52,980 nucleotides of DNA from Isosphaeraceae bacterium. Lineage in GTDB: Bacteria > Planctomycetota > Planctomycetia > Isosphaerales > Isosphaeraceae. Under the pieces are notes generated by a model. It did not search any database and was not told where the DNA came from. It saw only the letters and a program-made list of their open reading frames with translations. The stretch is taken from NCBI GenBank assembly GCA_965201075.1, contig CBDAVP010000011.1, forward strand, positions 186,001 to 238,980, read 5' to 3'. The position numbers and the translations under genes were made by a program. Shown one piece after another: positions 18,753 through 27,837 of the stretch (position 1 is the first letter of the stretch; each line of letters starts with the position of its first letter).

Positions 18753-19931
18753 ATGAGGCTTCGCTCGATCGACCTGTTCCATGTCGCGGTTCCCCTCAAG
18801 TCCAAGATCCGCCACGCCTCCCACGAGCGGGTCGTCAGCGACAACCTGGTCGTCCGCGCGACCCTGAGCGACGGCGCGGTCGGCTTCGGAGAAGGGGTCC
18901 CGCGCCATTATGTGACGGGCGAAACGATCGACTCGACCTTCGCCACCCTCGCCGCCGTGGACGCCGGCCGCCTGGTGGGTGACCCGGTTGACTTCGCCGA
19001 ACTGGTCCAACGACTGGGCCAGTGGACCCTACCCGCCACCGCCGCTGATCCCCGCGGAATGGCCGGCAACGCCGCCCGTTGCGCTCTGGAACTGGCCCTG
19101 ATCGACGCCTTCGGCCGTGGTTTCGGCCGACCGGCCAGCGATGCCGTCCGCGCCTGGAGCGACGGGCTTTCACTCCGCCCGAAGCCGGCCCCGGTTCGCT
19201 ACAGCGGGGCGATCACCGCCGCCTCGCTCCGTAAGGAACGTATTAATGCCTGGAAGATGCGGGTTTACGGCTTCCAACAGGTCAAGATCAAGGTGGGGGT
19301 CGAGGGGCAGGACGACCCGGCCCGCCTGGCCGAGTTTCGCAAGATCCTGGGACGGAGGATGGACTTGCGCCTCGACGCGAACGAAGCCTGGGAAATCTCC
19401 GGGCTCGTGGACCGGGTTCGCCCGCTTCTGCCGTTTCGCCCGACCGCCCTGGAGCAACCGGTCCCGCACGCCGACGTCTCGGCCCTGGCGGAACTCCGGC
19501 CCAGACTGGGCGTTCCGGTCATGTTGGACGAATCTTTGTGCGGTCGGCCCGATGCCGAGCGGGCGATCGCCGAGGGCCTCGCCGACATCCTGAACGTCCG
19601 CCTTTCGAAGTGCGGTGGGATCGGTCCCAGCCTCAAGATCGCGGCCTTGGCGAAACGGGCGGGACTTGGGATTCAACTTGGCTGCCACCCAGGCGAAACC
19701 GGCCTGCTCTCGGCGGCCGGACGCCAGGTGGCCAGCCTGGTCGACGGATTTCGCTACGTGGAAGGCTCTTACGACCGGCATGTCCTCGCCGAGAATCTCA
19801 CGACCCCCGACATCACCTTTGGCTACGGGGGCAAGGCGCCCGCGTTGAAGGGACAGGGCCTGGGCGTCGAGGTGGACCCGGAGGCGTTGGAACGACTGGC
19901 CGTCCGCCGCCAGGAGATTCGCTATGACTGA
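18753..19931 (+). CDS. Enolase superfamily (muconate cycloisomerase/dipeptide epimerase subgroup) enzyme
   Basis: GFGEG, KIKVG, RLDANEAW, LEQP, MLDES, SKCGG, GLGVEVD. Likely start MRLRSIDLF at 18753. Confidence 0.88.
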   Translation: MRLRSIDLFHVAVPLKSKIRHASHERVVSDNLVVRATLSDGAVGFGEGVPRHYVTGETIDSTFATLAAVDAGRLVGDPVDFAELVQRLGQWTLPATAADPRGMAGNAARCALELALIDAFGRGFGRPASDAVRAWSDGLSLRPKPAPVRYSGAITAASLRKERINAWKMRVYGFQQVKIKVGVEGQDDPARLAEFRKILGRRMDLRLDANEAWEISGLVDRVRPLLPFRPTALEQPVPHADVSALAELRPRLGVPVMLDESLCGRPDAERAIAEGLADILNVRLSKCGGIGPSLKIAALAKRAGLGIQLGCHPGETGLLSAAGRQVASLVDGFRYVEGSYDRHVLAENLTTPDITFGYGGKAPALKGQGLGVEVDPEALERLAVRRQEIRYD

Positions 19932-20796
19932 GCCGGTCGTCGGGCATCATCGGGCCAGCGACGGCTACGCCACTCACGTCCTGACCTGGCCCGCGGCGAC
20001 GGGTCGGCCCCGGGGAAGGGTGGTCGTCCTGCATGGGGTCCAGAGTCATGGCGGCTGGTATCACGAGTTAGGGCGGACCCTCGCCGGGGCTGGCTATGAG
20101 GCGATTTTCCCCGACCGCCGAGGGTCTGGGGCCAACGGGGTCGACCGTGGCCATACCCCTTCAGCCCGACGGCTGATCCGCGATGTCGCCGAGATTCTGG
20201 CCAAAGCCCGCTCGGCCGGGCCCGAGCCGGTGGTCCTGGCTGGGATCAGTTGGGGAGGGAAACTCGCCGTGCTGGCCGCGGCCGATTTCCCGAAGTCACT
20301 TGATGGGCTGGCCTTACTCTGTCCGGGTCTTCATCCCCGGGTCGGCGTTTCGCCCGCCGAGCGACGGCGGATCGCCTGGGCGTATTTTTTCCAAAGGCGC
20401 AAGCGCTTCCCCATCCCCCTGGCCGACCCGGCACTGTTCACCGACAGCGACGAGGGTCAAAGGTTCATCGCGGCGGACCCCCTGGGCCTGCGAGACGCGA
20501 CGGCCGGGTTGCTGGCGGCAAGCGCATTCATCGACGGTTGGGTTCGTCGGGTCCCCCCCCGTCTGGCGTTGCCGATCTTGCTCATGACCGCCGGGTTGGA
20601 CCGAATCGTCGACAACGCCCGCACCCGGGCCTTTGTGGAGTCGACCGCCTCCACCGACCGGACGTTCGTCGAATATCCGGAAGCCCATCACACCCTGGAG
20701 TTTGAGCCCGACCCTCACCAGTATGCGTCCGACTTGATCGCCTGGTTGGATGCGAGGACCGACGAAGCGGTCAAGACGCCCCAACCTCCTCGGTGA
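19924..20796 (+). CDS. Alpha/beta hydrolase (lysophospholipase-like)
   Basis: VLHGVQSHGGWY, DRRGSG, GISWGG nucleophile elbow, DRIVD, AHHTLEFE; 8-bp overlap with the upstream gene. Confidence 0.9.
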   Translation: MTEPVVGHHRASDGYATHVLTWPAATGRPRGRVVVLHGVQSHGGWYHELGRTLAGAGYEAIFPDRRGSGANGVDRGHTPSARRLIRDVAEILAKARSAGPEPVVLAGISWGGKLAVLAAADFPKSLDGLALLCPGLHPRVGVSPAERRRIAWAYFFQRRKRFPIPLADPALFTDSDEGQRFIAADPLGLRDATAGLLAASAFIDGWVRRVPPRLALPILLMTAGLDRIVDNARTRAFVESTASTDRTFVEYPEAHHTLEFEPDPHQYASDLIAWLDARTDEAVKTPQPPR

Positions 20797-21283
20797 CTGA
20801 CGTCGAATCCTCGAAAGGCAGTGCGACGCCCGAGCCTTCCAGTTCCGACGCGGGCGTTTCGGCTTCGGCGGCCTGGGCCGGTTGCGTGGGATCGGCCATT
20901 CCCTCGGGCCAGATGTGAAATCCCCCCTTGGAGTCGTTGCGAATCTCCCAGGTCCCCCAGATTCCTCGACCTTCGTTGAACCCCTGGTAGAAAACGTCGT
21001 GGCGGCCGAGGTATGACTTGGTCCACCAGCATTTGCCGTCTTCCAACTGGTAGCGACCTCGCATGAGGAACTCGCCGACGCGGTCTCGCCCTTCGCCGGT
21101 GAGGGTTCCCTGGCGGAAGGTCAGCCGAAGTTCCATCTGGTGACGGCCGGGCACGGCGGGCCAGAGGAAGAAGCCGGTCCAGGGGCCGGAGGGGAAGCGG
21201 TCGTCGGTTTCGACCGGGGTCGGGCTGTCGGGGGCCGGGGGCGGGGCCATGAATGACGCTCGGCTCCGAGACGAAGGGTCCAT
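20771..21283 (-). CDS. Hypothetical protein, beta-rich with many Gly and Trp
   Basis: FPSGPWTGFF...GEGRDRVGEF...WTKSYLGRHDVFYQG...GIWGTWEI...GGFHIWP looks like a folded domain. Start may be 21250. Confidence 0.75.
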   Translation of the reverse strand: MDPSSRSRASFMAPPPAPDSPTPVETDDRFPSGPWTGFFLWPAVPGRHQMELRLTFRQGTLTGEGRDRVGEFLMRGRYQLEDGKCWWTKSYLGRHDVFYQGFNEGRGIWGTWEIRNDSKGGFHIWPEGMADPTQPAQAAEAETPASELEGSGVALPFEDSTSVTEEVGAS

Positions 21284-21426
21284 CCGTCAATTAGAGTACC
21301 CGGGGTGTCCGTGAGTGGGAAAGCCCCTGGTGACTTCTTGGCGGAAAGGTTGCCTGTCGGCTAACTTGGGGACTGGCGGATGTGAAGCGTCGCGTGTCGG
21401 CTTGGCCGTTGGAGAACGTCGCGGAG

Positions 21427-22638
21427 ATGGCTCGGATCGTGGTCGTATTGTCGGATCCCCCTTTGCCCTTCGGCAACGCGGCGGCCCGCTGGTTCTATGT
21501 CCTGCTGAAGGGCCTCACCCGCCGGGGCCACGACGTCACGACCCTGGCCGGTTACGACGACCCTGACGATATGGCACGAGTCGCCGAACAGTTTCCGCCT
21601 TCCACTTATGACGTCCGCCTCTTTCCGCGAGCCCCTTCACGACGAAGCCCTTCCGCCAAGGTCTCGACCCTCCTGCAACCTTATTCCTACCTTTACGGTC
21701 CCGAGTTACGCGAGGAACTGGACCGGCAGCGAGCCCGGAAGTTCGATGTCCTGCATTTGGAACACCTTTGGGGAGGCTGGGTTGGCCTGGGAGATCGAGA
21801 CCGGTCGGTGATCAATATTCATTACCTGTTTGAAATCGACTTCCGCGATGTCTTGAACCGCACGCTCGAAGATCATGCTCGCCAGGCGATGACGCGCAGG
21901 GCTGAGCGGCGGCTTCTGCGTAGTTATCCCACCGTCACAACCTTGACCCCGCGATTGACTGAGCGGGTTCAGCAGATCAGCCCAGGTTCCACGGTCCACA
22001 CGGTGCCGCTGGGGATGGACCTGGACCTTTACCCCTTCGTGGCCGACCGAATCTCGACAGACGGGGAGCCGGTGCTGGGGTTGATTGGCTCGTTCGACTG
22101 GATGCCGACCTATACCGCCGGCGTAAGGCTGCTGACGAAGCTTTGGCCTGAAATCCGTCGGCGGGTCCCAGGGGCTCGGCTCCAGGTGGTCGGTCGCAAG
22201 GCGCGGTCCTCCCTGGCGGCGTACCTTGACACCCCCGGCGCGACGTTTCTGGAGGACGTGCCAGAGATCGAACCCTACTTCCGAGCCACCGACGTGATGC
22301 TTTATGCCCCTGACCGAGGGAGTGGCATGAAGGTGAAAGTCCTGGAGGCCTTTTCCTTTGGCGTGCCGGTGGTGACCACCGCCGACGGCGTGGAGGGGAT
22401 CGAGGTGATCGACGGGATTCACGCTGGGGTTTGCGAGGACGATCAAGGGCTGGTGGAACGGGCCGTGGCGCTGCTTCGGGACCCGAAACTGCGTTGCCAG
22501 CGACGGTTGGCGGCACGGGCGTTGGTCGAGGCAACTTGCGGGCCCGAGTCTGTGCTGGACCGGCTCGAAGCGGTGTATCGGACATTGCCGGCCGTTCAGG
22601 ACGGTCGGGTAGCGTCGGACCATCCGAGCAACGATTAG
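21427..22638 (+). CDS. Glycosyltransferase family 4 (paralog A)
   Basis: DPPLPFG, RGHDV, GSGMKVKVLEAFSFGVPVVTT. Confidence 0.92.
   Translation: MARIVVVLSDPPLPFGNAAARWFYVLLKGLTRRGHDVTTLAGYDDPDDMARVAEQFPPSTYDVRLFPRAPSRRSPSAKVSTLLQPYSYLYGPELREELDRQRARKFDVLHLEHLWGGWVGLGDRDRSVINIHYLFEIDFRDVLNRTLEDHARQAMTRRAERRLLRSYPTVTTLTPRLTERVQQISPGSTVHTVPLGMDLDLYPFVADRISTDGEPVLGLIGSFDWMPTYTAGVRLLTKLWPEIRRRVPGARLQVVGRKARSSLAAYLDTPGATFLEDVPEIEPYFRATDVMLYAPDRGSGMKVKVLEAFSFGVPVVTTADGVEGIEVIDGIHAGVCEDDQGLVERAVALLRDPKLRCQRRLAARALVEATCGPESVLDRLEAVYRTLPAVQDGRVASDHPSND
22360..22565 (+). repeat. 206-bp direct repeat, copy 1 (inside GT4 paralog A)
   Basis: Manual ungapped alignment with 23721-23926 gives 201/206 identical positions. 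Confidence 0.95.
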
Positions 22639-22787
22639 AGTCACTCTGGACCTATCCCCGACACCGGGAAATTCATCCAGCGAGTCTTCTCGTTAAGACC
22701 TAGACGGTCGGAATGTCGCGAGGCTATCGTGAGGACGCTCGGAGGTCCGATACGGGTCGGGATCTTGGGGGAGTCACGAGTTCACAG

Positions 22788-24005
22788 ATGAGTCTTCGCA
22801 TCGTCCTGGTGATGCTCGATCCCCCGTTGCCGTTCGGCCGGGCGATGGGTCGATGGTTCTATGCTCTGCTTCGGGGGCTGGTGGCACGGGGTCACCGGGT
22901 GTCGGCGTTCGCGATTTGCAGTTCCGAAGAGGAAAAACGGCAGGTCCTGACGCTGTTCCCCGCGCCGGAATACGACCTCCGCTGCTACGTCCCGACCCCA
23001 CGGACCGGCCTGGCCGCGAGGCTCAACCTCCTGAGACGTCCGTTTGGCTACGTCATTACGCCGGAACTTCGCCACGACGTCGAGACGCAACTGGCCAGCG
23101 GGTATGACCTCCTTCACCTGGAAGTCCTGTGGGTCGGGTGGCTGGGGCTGGGTGACCCAGACCGTTCGATCCTCAACGTCCCCTACCTCCTGGAACTGGA
23201 CCTCTCCGACCAGTCTTCCGGTTCGCTGAAGCAATGGCTGCTGAAGCAGGCGTCCACCCGGGCCGAGCATTCGATCTTGCGCCGATTTCCGCATGTCCTG
23301 GCCGTATCGCCCAGGTTGGCCGCCCGTATCCGCCAGATTTCTCCGAGATCTTCGGTGGAAGCGTTGCCCTTCGCGATGGACCTTTCGCTGTACCCGTTCG
23401 ACGAGGCTGGACCTACAAACTCCGGTCCGCCAACCGTGGGACTGATCGCGTCGTATCGCTGGACGCCCGGCCTGACGGCGGGGCTCCGGCTGCTGGAACG
23501 GCTCTGGCCCGAGGTCAAGCGACAGGTCCCCGAGGCCCGCTTGATCGTCGGGGGTTATGGGGCGTCGGAGGTCTTCGCCGCGCACGTGGGCCGACCCGAC
23601 GTCACGATCGTCGACGGCGTCACCGACGTTCCCGGATTCTTCCGAAGTCTCGACCTTTTGCTGTATGCCCCCAACCGCAGCAGCGGCATGAAGTTCAAGG
23701 TGCTTGAGGCGTTTTCCTTCGGCGTGCCGGTGGTGACCACCACGGACGGCGTGGAGGGGATCGAGGCGATCGACGGGATTCACGCTGGGGTTTGCGAGGA
23801 CGATCAAGGGCTGGTGGAACGGGCCGTGGCGCTGCTTCGGGACCCGAACCTGCGTTGCCAGCGACGGTTGGCGGCACGGGCGTTGGTCGAGGCAACTTGC
23901 GGGCCCGAGACTGTGCTGGACCGGCTGGAACAGGTCTACCAAAGCCTCCCCGCCACGCCCCCAATGGCCCGTTCCACGGAGGAGCCGATCGCGACTTCCA
24001 CCTGA
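22788..24005 (+). CDS. Glycosyltransferase family 4 (paralog B)
   Basis: DPPLPFG, RGHRV, SSGMKFKVLEAFSFGVPVVTT. Confidence 0.92.
   Translation: MSLRIVLVMLDPPLPFGRAMGRWFYALLRGLVARGHRVSAFAICSSEEEKRQVLTLFPAPEYDLRCYVPTPRTGLAARLNLLRRPFGYVITPELRHDVETQLASGYDLLHLEVLWVGWLGLGDPDRSILNVPYLLELDLSDQSSGSLKQWLLKQASTRAEHSILRRFPHVLAVSPRLAARIRQISPRSSVEALPFAMDLSLYPFDEAGPTNSGPPTVGLIASYRWTPGLTAGLRLLERLWPEVKRQVPEARLIVGGYGASEVFAAHVGRPDVTIVDGVTDVPGFFRSLDLLLYAPNRSSGMKFKVLEAFSFGVPVVTTTDGVEGIEAIDGIHAGVCEDDQGLVERAVALLRDPNLRCQRRLAARALVEATCGPETVLDRLEQVYQSLPATPPMARSTEEPIATST
23721..23926 (+). repeat. 206-bp direct repeat, copy 2 (inside GT4 paralog B)
   Basis: Manual ungapped alignment with 22360-22565 gives 201/206 identical positions; offset 1361 bp. 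Confidence 0.95.
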
Positions 24006-24076
24006 TCGGCCTCGAACCTCCGCCTCGCCGCGGGTGTCGTGTTTCAAGGCAGGGAATCTCCCGGGGATCTGACGCG

Positions 24077-24373
24077 ATGGACCAGGACCGGAAGCGGGAA
24101 CTCCGTCAGCTCAAGAGGGAGATCAAGCAGGCCGGCAACCAGCGGGTCCGCCGTCAACTCAAGCGTGCACTGGCCGAGAACCCCGAGGATGCTCCCCATG
24201 CGACTGAGCCGGATTACGGACGGTTCCGGTCGGAGCCGCTGAACGGCCTCGACCAGTCGCCTCCGCCGGCCGAGACCCCCGAAGGATGGCTGACCCCGAT
24301 CAATCCGGAGGCGTCGGCGCTCCCGGCGTCGGCCCGGCCAAAAACTCATGAGCCGAGGCCACGCGCTGACTGA
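24077..24373 (+). CDS. Small basic hypothetical protein
   Basis: MDQDRKRELRQLKREIKQAGNQRVRRQLKRALAENPEDA...; helical and K/R-rich with coding-like codon use; its 3' end overlaps the convergent acyltransferase gene by 74 bp. Confidence 0.65.
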   Translation: MDQDRKRELRQLKREIKQAGNQRVRRQLKRALAENPEDAPHATEPDYGRFRSEPLNGLDQSPPPAETPEGWLTPINPEASALPASARPKTHEPRPRAD

Positions 24374-25085
24374 AACCGTCGGGCGCCTTCAGGATCGTGG
24401 TGAACCGTTGGGCCGACTGGGTTAGCACGTCGGCTTTCAGGGCGTCGAGTTCGGCCGTCAGCAGATCCTCACAGTCAGCCAGCAGGGTCGAGCGGTCGTT
24501 CCGGCCGAAGGTTCGGGGCGCTCCAAACCGGACGAAGGCCTCGGGACGTTCGTCCTGCCAGTAGTCATAGCGGAAGGCCACTGGGATCACCCTCACCCGC
24601 CCGACTCGCCCCGCCAGGGCGCGAATGCCCGGTTGAAACGTCAAAGGACGCACATCATTGCAGACGATGCGTCCTTGCGGGAAGATCCAGACGCCGGCCC
24701 GGCGCTGTTGCAGCAGCTCGGCGGCATAGTCGAGGGAGTGGCGGACCGAGGCGGGTTTGGTCCGGTCAACCGAGAAGGCGCCGATGCGACGGAAAAAGCC
24801 GAAGCGGCGGAGGTTGAACCATTCCATCATCCCGTAGCCGTCGACCGGGATCGTCTCGTTGAGCAGGTGGACCAGGAACAGATCCCACCAGCAAGAGTGA
24901 TTGGCCAGGAACAGGGTACCCGCGGGGTCGGCGTCGAGAAGGTTCCGTAAAGGGTCAAGGCCGTGGACACGGACCCGAAAGAAGGCACCTCGAAGCTTGT
25001 GGACGATCATCGAATGGACGGCACGCCGGGGCCAGCCGTGTTTGTAAGCGCGGATCAGGCCGCCGTCGCGATCAGGTCGGGTCAT
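24300..25085 (-). CDS. Lysophospholipid acyltransferase family protein (candidate carotenoid-glycoside acyltransferase, CruD-like)
   Basis: NHSCWWD (HX4D), GAFSVDR, WIFPQG, VIPVA; coupled to the GT2 and desaturase genes. Confidence 0.85.
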   Translation of the reverse strand: MTRPDRDGGLIRAYKHGWPRRAVHSMIVHKLRGAFFRVRVHGLDPLRNLLDADPAGTLFLANHSCWWDLFLVHLLNETIPVDGYGMMEWFNLRRFGFFRRIGAFSVDRTKPASVRHSLDYAAELLQQRRAGVWIFPQGRIVCNDVRPLTFQPGIRALAGRVGRVRVIPVAFRYDYWQDERPEAFVRFGAPRTFGRNDRSTLLADCEDLLTAELDALKADVLTQSAQRFTTILKAPDGFSQRVASAHEFLAGPTPGAPTPPD

Positions 25086-26317
25086 CTCCGTGCTCGCGAG
25101 GCGGGAAGGCCCGAAGCGTGGGGAACAGGGGCGACCTCGGCGGGGGCGTAGGCGCGCCCTTTCCAGAGGATGCGGCCCCGGTGGTGATGCCAGACACTGG
25201 AGGTGGCGATCGCGACGTACAGGGCGATGCCCGCGGGCATCGACCAGCAGGCGCCGAGGCCCAGGCGAAGAAATCTCGCCAACGGCCAGGAGGCGAGCGC
25301 CTCGGCCGACCAGCCGAACGCGCCGGCCGCCAGGGCCGCCCAGGTCGAGAGGTGACGATCGCCCGAGACCAGCATGGCCAGCCCCGCCAGCAGCGAGACC
25401 GGCCCCGCCCCACCGACGATCAGGGCGATCACTGAGCCAAAGGCGTACTTGTGGAACTGATACTCCATGCCCGCGTAGGCATTCTTGCGCAGGCCTCGCC
25501 AGATTTCGCCCAGGCTGCCGTACATGTGCGTCGAGGCCAGATGCGGTGCCGGCCGGACCCGCAGTCGACCGCCGTTGGCCTTGATCCGCCGGGCCAGTTG
25601 GATGTCCTCGACAATCTCCGAGCGGACCGCCTCGTGTCCCCCGGCGCGATCATAGGCCGAGCGGCGGACCAGAAGGAACCCACCGGCGGCCAGGGCCTCG
25701 GGACGGTTGGAGTCGTTGACGTACTTGGTCGGGTAAAAATGACCCAGGATCTGCGCCAGCATCAAGGCGGTGGCCCCTTGCCAGAAGGTACGGCAGTCGG
25801 CTCGGGGGAACAGGGAAACGAGGTCGGCTTCGTGGTCGAGGCCCTCCAGGACCGCCGCCAGCAGGGCCCGAGGATGCAAGGTCATATCGGCGTCGACAAA
25901 CCAGAGCCAGGGGGCCGAGGCGTGGCCGACCCCCTGAGTGACGGCCCAGGTCTTGCCAACCCAGCCGGGCGGCCGGTTGTCTCCAGAGATCACCTTCAGG
26001 CGGTCGCCGAAAGCCGGAGTCGCCTTGAGACGGGAGAGGATCGCGCTGGTGCCGTCGGTCGACTGGTCATCGACGACGATCAGGGCGAGTCCGGGATACT
26101 CCTGATCCAAGACCGAGACCAAAGCCGCCTCGACGTCCCGTTCCTCGTTGCGGGCGGCCATGATCGCGGTGACGAGGGGCAGGTCCGCCGGGAGGGGACC
26201 CGCCGGGGGTTCGAGGCGAGGCTCGGGGTGCAGGGCGACCAGGCGGGCGGCCAGCGCCAGCCAGATCAGGCCGGCGATCAGGGCCAGAGCGACGAGGGTC
26301 CAGGCGAGGAGAGTCAT
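25082..26317 (-). CDS. Membrane glycosyltransferase family 2 (CrtQ/CruC/HpnB-like)
   Basis: N-terminal TM, AARNEE, VDDQSTDGT, PPGWVGK, FVDAD, EIVED, WRGLRKN, ILWKGR. Start MTLLAW at 26317 (ATGA overlap). Confidence 0.88.
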   Translation of the reverse strand: MTLLAWTLVALALIAGLIWLALAARLVALHPEPRLEPPAGPLPADLPLVTAIMAARNEERDVEAALVSVLDQEYPGLALIVVDDQSTDGTSAILSRLKATPAFGDRLKVISGDNRPPGWVGKTWAVTQGVGHASAPWLWFVDADMTLHPRALLAAVLEGLDHEADLVSLFPRADCRTFWQGATALMLAQILGHFYPTKYVNDSNRPEALAAGGFLLVRRSAYDRAGGHEAVRSEIVEDIQLARRIKANGGRLRVRPAPHLASTHMYGSLGEIWRGLRKNAYAGMEYQFHKYAFGSVIALIVGGAGPVSLLAGLAMLVSGDRHLSTWAALAAGAFGWSAEALASWPLARFLRLGLGACWSMPAGIALYVAIATSSVWHHHRGRILWKGRAYAPAEVAPVPHASGLPASRARR

Positions 26318-27837
26318 CGGCGGGCCGGCTCGGGGCGAAGGTTCAGGTCGCGAGCGAGGCGTTCGGCGGTAATCTTGCCGCTCTGGACGACCATCGGCAA
26401 CCCCGCGCCCGGCTGGACCCCGCCGCCGACGAAGTACAGGCCGGGGACGTCCTTGCGGAAGTTCAACGGGCGGAAGCTGCCCCCCAGCACATTGTGAGAG
26501 TTGCCCAACCCGTAGATCGATCCGCGAAACGCGAGAAAGTGGTCTCGCCAATCGGCCGGCGCCGTGACATGACGGGTCACGATGGCCGATCGCAGCCCCG
26601 GCAGCCCCGCCGCTTCCAACCGGGTGAGCAGGCGGTCGGCGTAGTCGGCCTCGAACGCCCGATCCGCCTCCGCCCCTTCCTTCAAGGGCGGAGCGCCGAC
26701 GACCACGAATGGATTGGACCCGCCGGGAGGGGCGTCGGATGGGTCGGTGACGCTGGTGGCGTTGACGTAGATTGGCGGGTCGTTGGGAAACTCGCCACGG
26801 ACGAACAGTTCGTCGTACACCCGAGACGACCCCGGCGTCAGCACGAGCAGGTGGTGGGCCAGGTCGTCCCAGGTCCGTTCACAACCGAGCTGGATTGTGA
26901 AAAAGGAGCCGGACGGTTCAGCCTTCCCTTCGCGGAGGGATTGGACCTCCCGGGAGAAGCCCCGGCCGCCTCGCAGCAGTCGATGGGTCAGCACATAGTC
27001 GGCATTGGAGACCACCGCGTCGACGGGGGTAGGCCCGGACGAGGTGGAGATGCCGACGACGGCGCCGTTGGCGTTCAGTTCGATGGCCTCGACCTCGACG
27101 CCTCGACGGATCGTCACGCCGACATCCCGGCAGGCCGTGGCCAGGGCCTCGGGGATCGCCGAGATTCCGCCCCGTGATGGATACCAGACGCCTTCTCGGA
27201 TGATCGTCCAGGGGATGATCGCCAGGGAACCGGGCGCGTGCTGGGGGTCGAACCCCGAGTAGGTGGGGAAGCCATAGAGAAGCTCTCGGATCGCGGGGGA
27301 GCGGAAATGCTCGTCAATCTCCTTGGCGTAGGTCTTGGAGGGGGAAATGACCGCGGCCGAAAGCATCAAGGGGGAGAGCATGACTTGAGGCCAGGTTTCG
27401 AGCATCCGGTCGCAATAGGCATGGCCGATCAGGGCGGCAAAGCGGTCCATCTTGGCCAGGAAGGGACCGAGCGCCGCGCCGTCGGCCGGGTCGATCGCGG
27501 CGAAGGCGTCGCGGAGACCCTCCTCGGCGGCGGGGATGTTCAAGGCCCGACCGTCGGACAGGACGACACGGAAGGCGGGGTCGAGACGCTTGAGCGGGAG
27601 GTAGTGTTCGGGATCGAGCCCGCTAGCCTCCAGCAACGTCCGGTAGACCCAGGGCATGACGACGATGCTGGGCCCCTCGTCCCAGCGGAAGCCGGCGTCT
27701 CGTCGTGAACTTGCCTTGCCACCAACCTCGGGGAGACGTTCGAGAATTTCAACCTCGCAGCCCCGTCGCGTCAACTCCAGGGCGGCGGCCAGTCCTCCGA
27801 CGCCCGCCCCCACGACCACGACACGTTTCCGACCCAT
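26314..27837 (-). CDS. Phytoene desaturase family (CrtI/CrtN/CrtP-like) flavoprotein
   Basis: VVVVGAGVGGL, GFRWDEGPS, GVWYPSRGG, VVSNAD, GLYFVGGGVQPGAGLPMVVQSG. Confidence 0.9.
   Translation of the reverse strand: MGRKRVVVVGAGVGGLAAALELTRRGCEVEILERLPEVGGKASSRRDAGFRWDEGPSIVVMPWVYRTLLEASGLDPEHYLPLKRLDPAFRVVLSDGRALNIPAAEEGLRDAFAAIDPADGAALGPFLAKMDRFAALIGHAYCDRMLETWPQVMLSPLMLSAAVISPSKTYAKEIDEHFRSPAIRELLYGFPTYSGFDPQHAPGSLAIIPWTIIREGVWYPSRGGISAIPEALATACRDVGVTIRRGVEVEAIELNANGAVVGISTSSGPTPVDAVVSNADYVLTHRLLRGGRGFSREVQSLREGKAEPSGSFFTIQLGCERTWDDLAHHLLVLTPGSSRVYDELFVRGEFPNDPPIYVNATSVTDPSDAPPGGSNPFVVVGAPPLKEGAEADRAFEADYADRLLTRLEAAGLPGLRSAIVTRHVTAPADWRDHFLAFRGSIYGLGNSHNVLGGSFRPLNFRKDVPGLYFVGGGVQPGAGLPMVVQSGKITAERLARDLNLRPEPARR

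Noticed and set aside
22360..23926. Diversity-generating retroelement TR/VR pair
   Set aside because: The mismatches (G/A, C/G, T/C, A/C, T/A) are not adenine-specific in either direction, both copies are coding, and no reverse transcriptase is present in the window.
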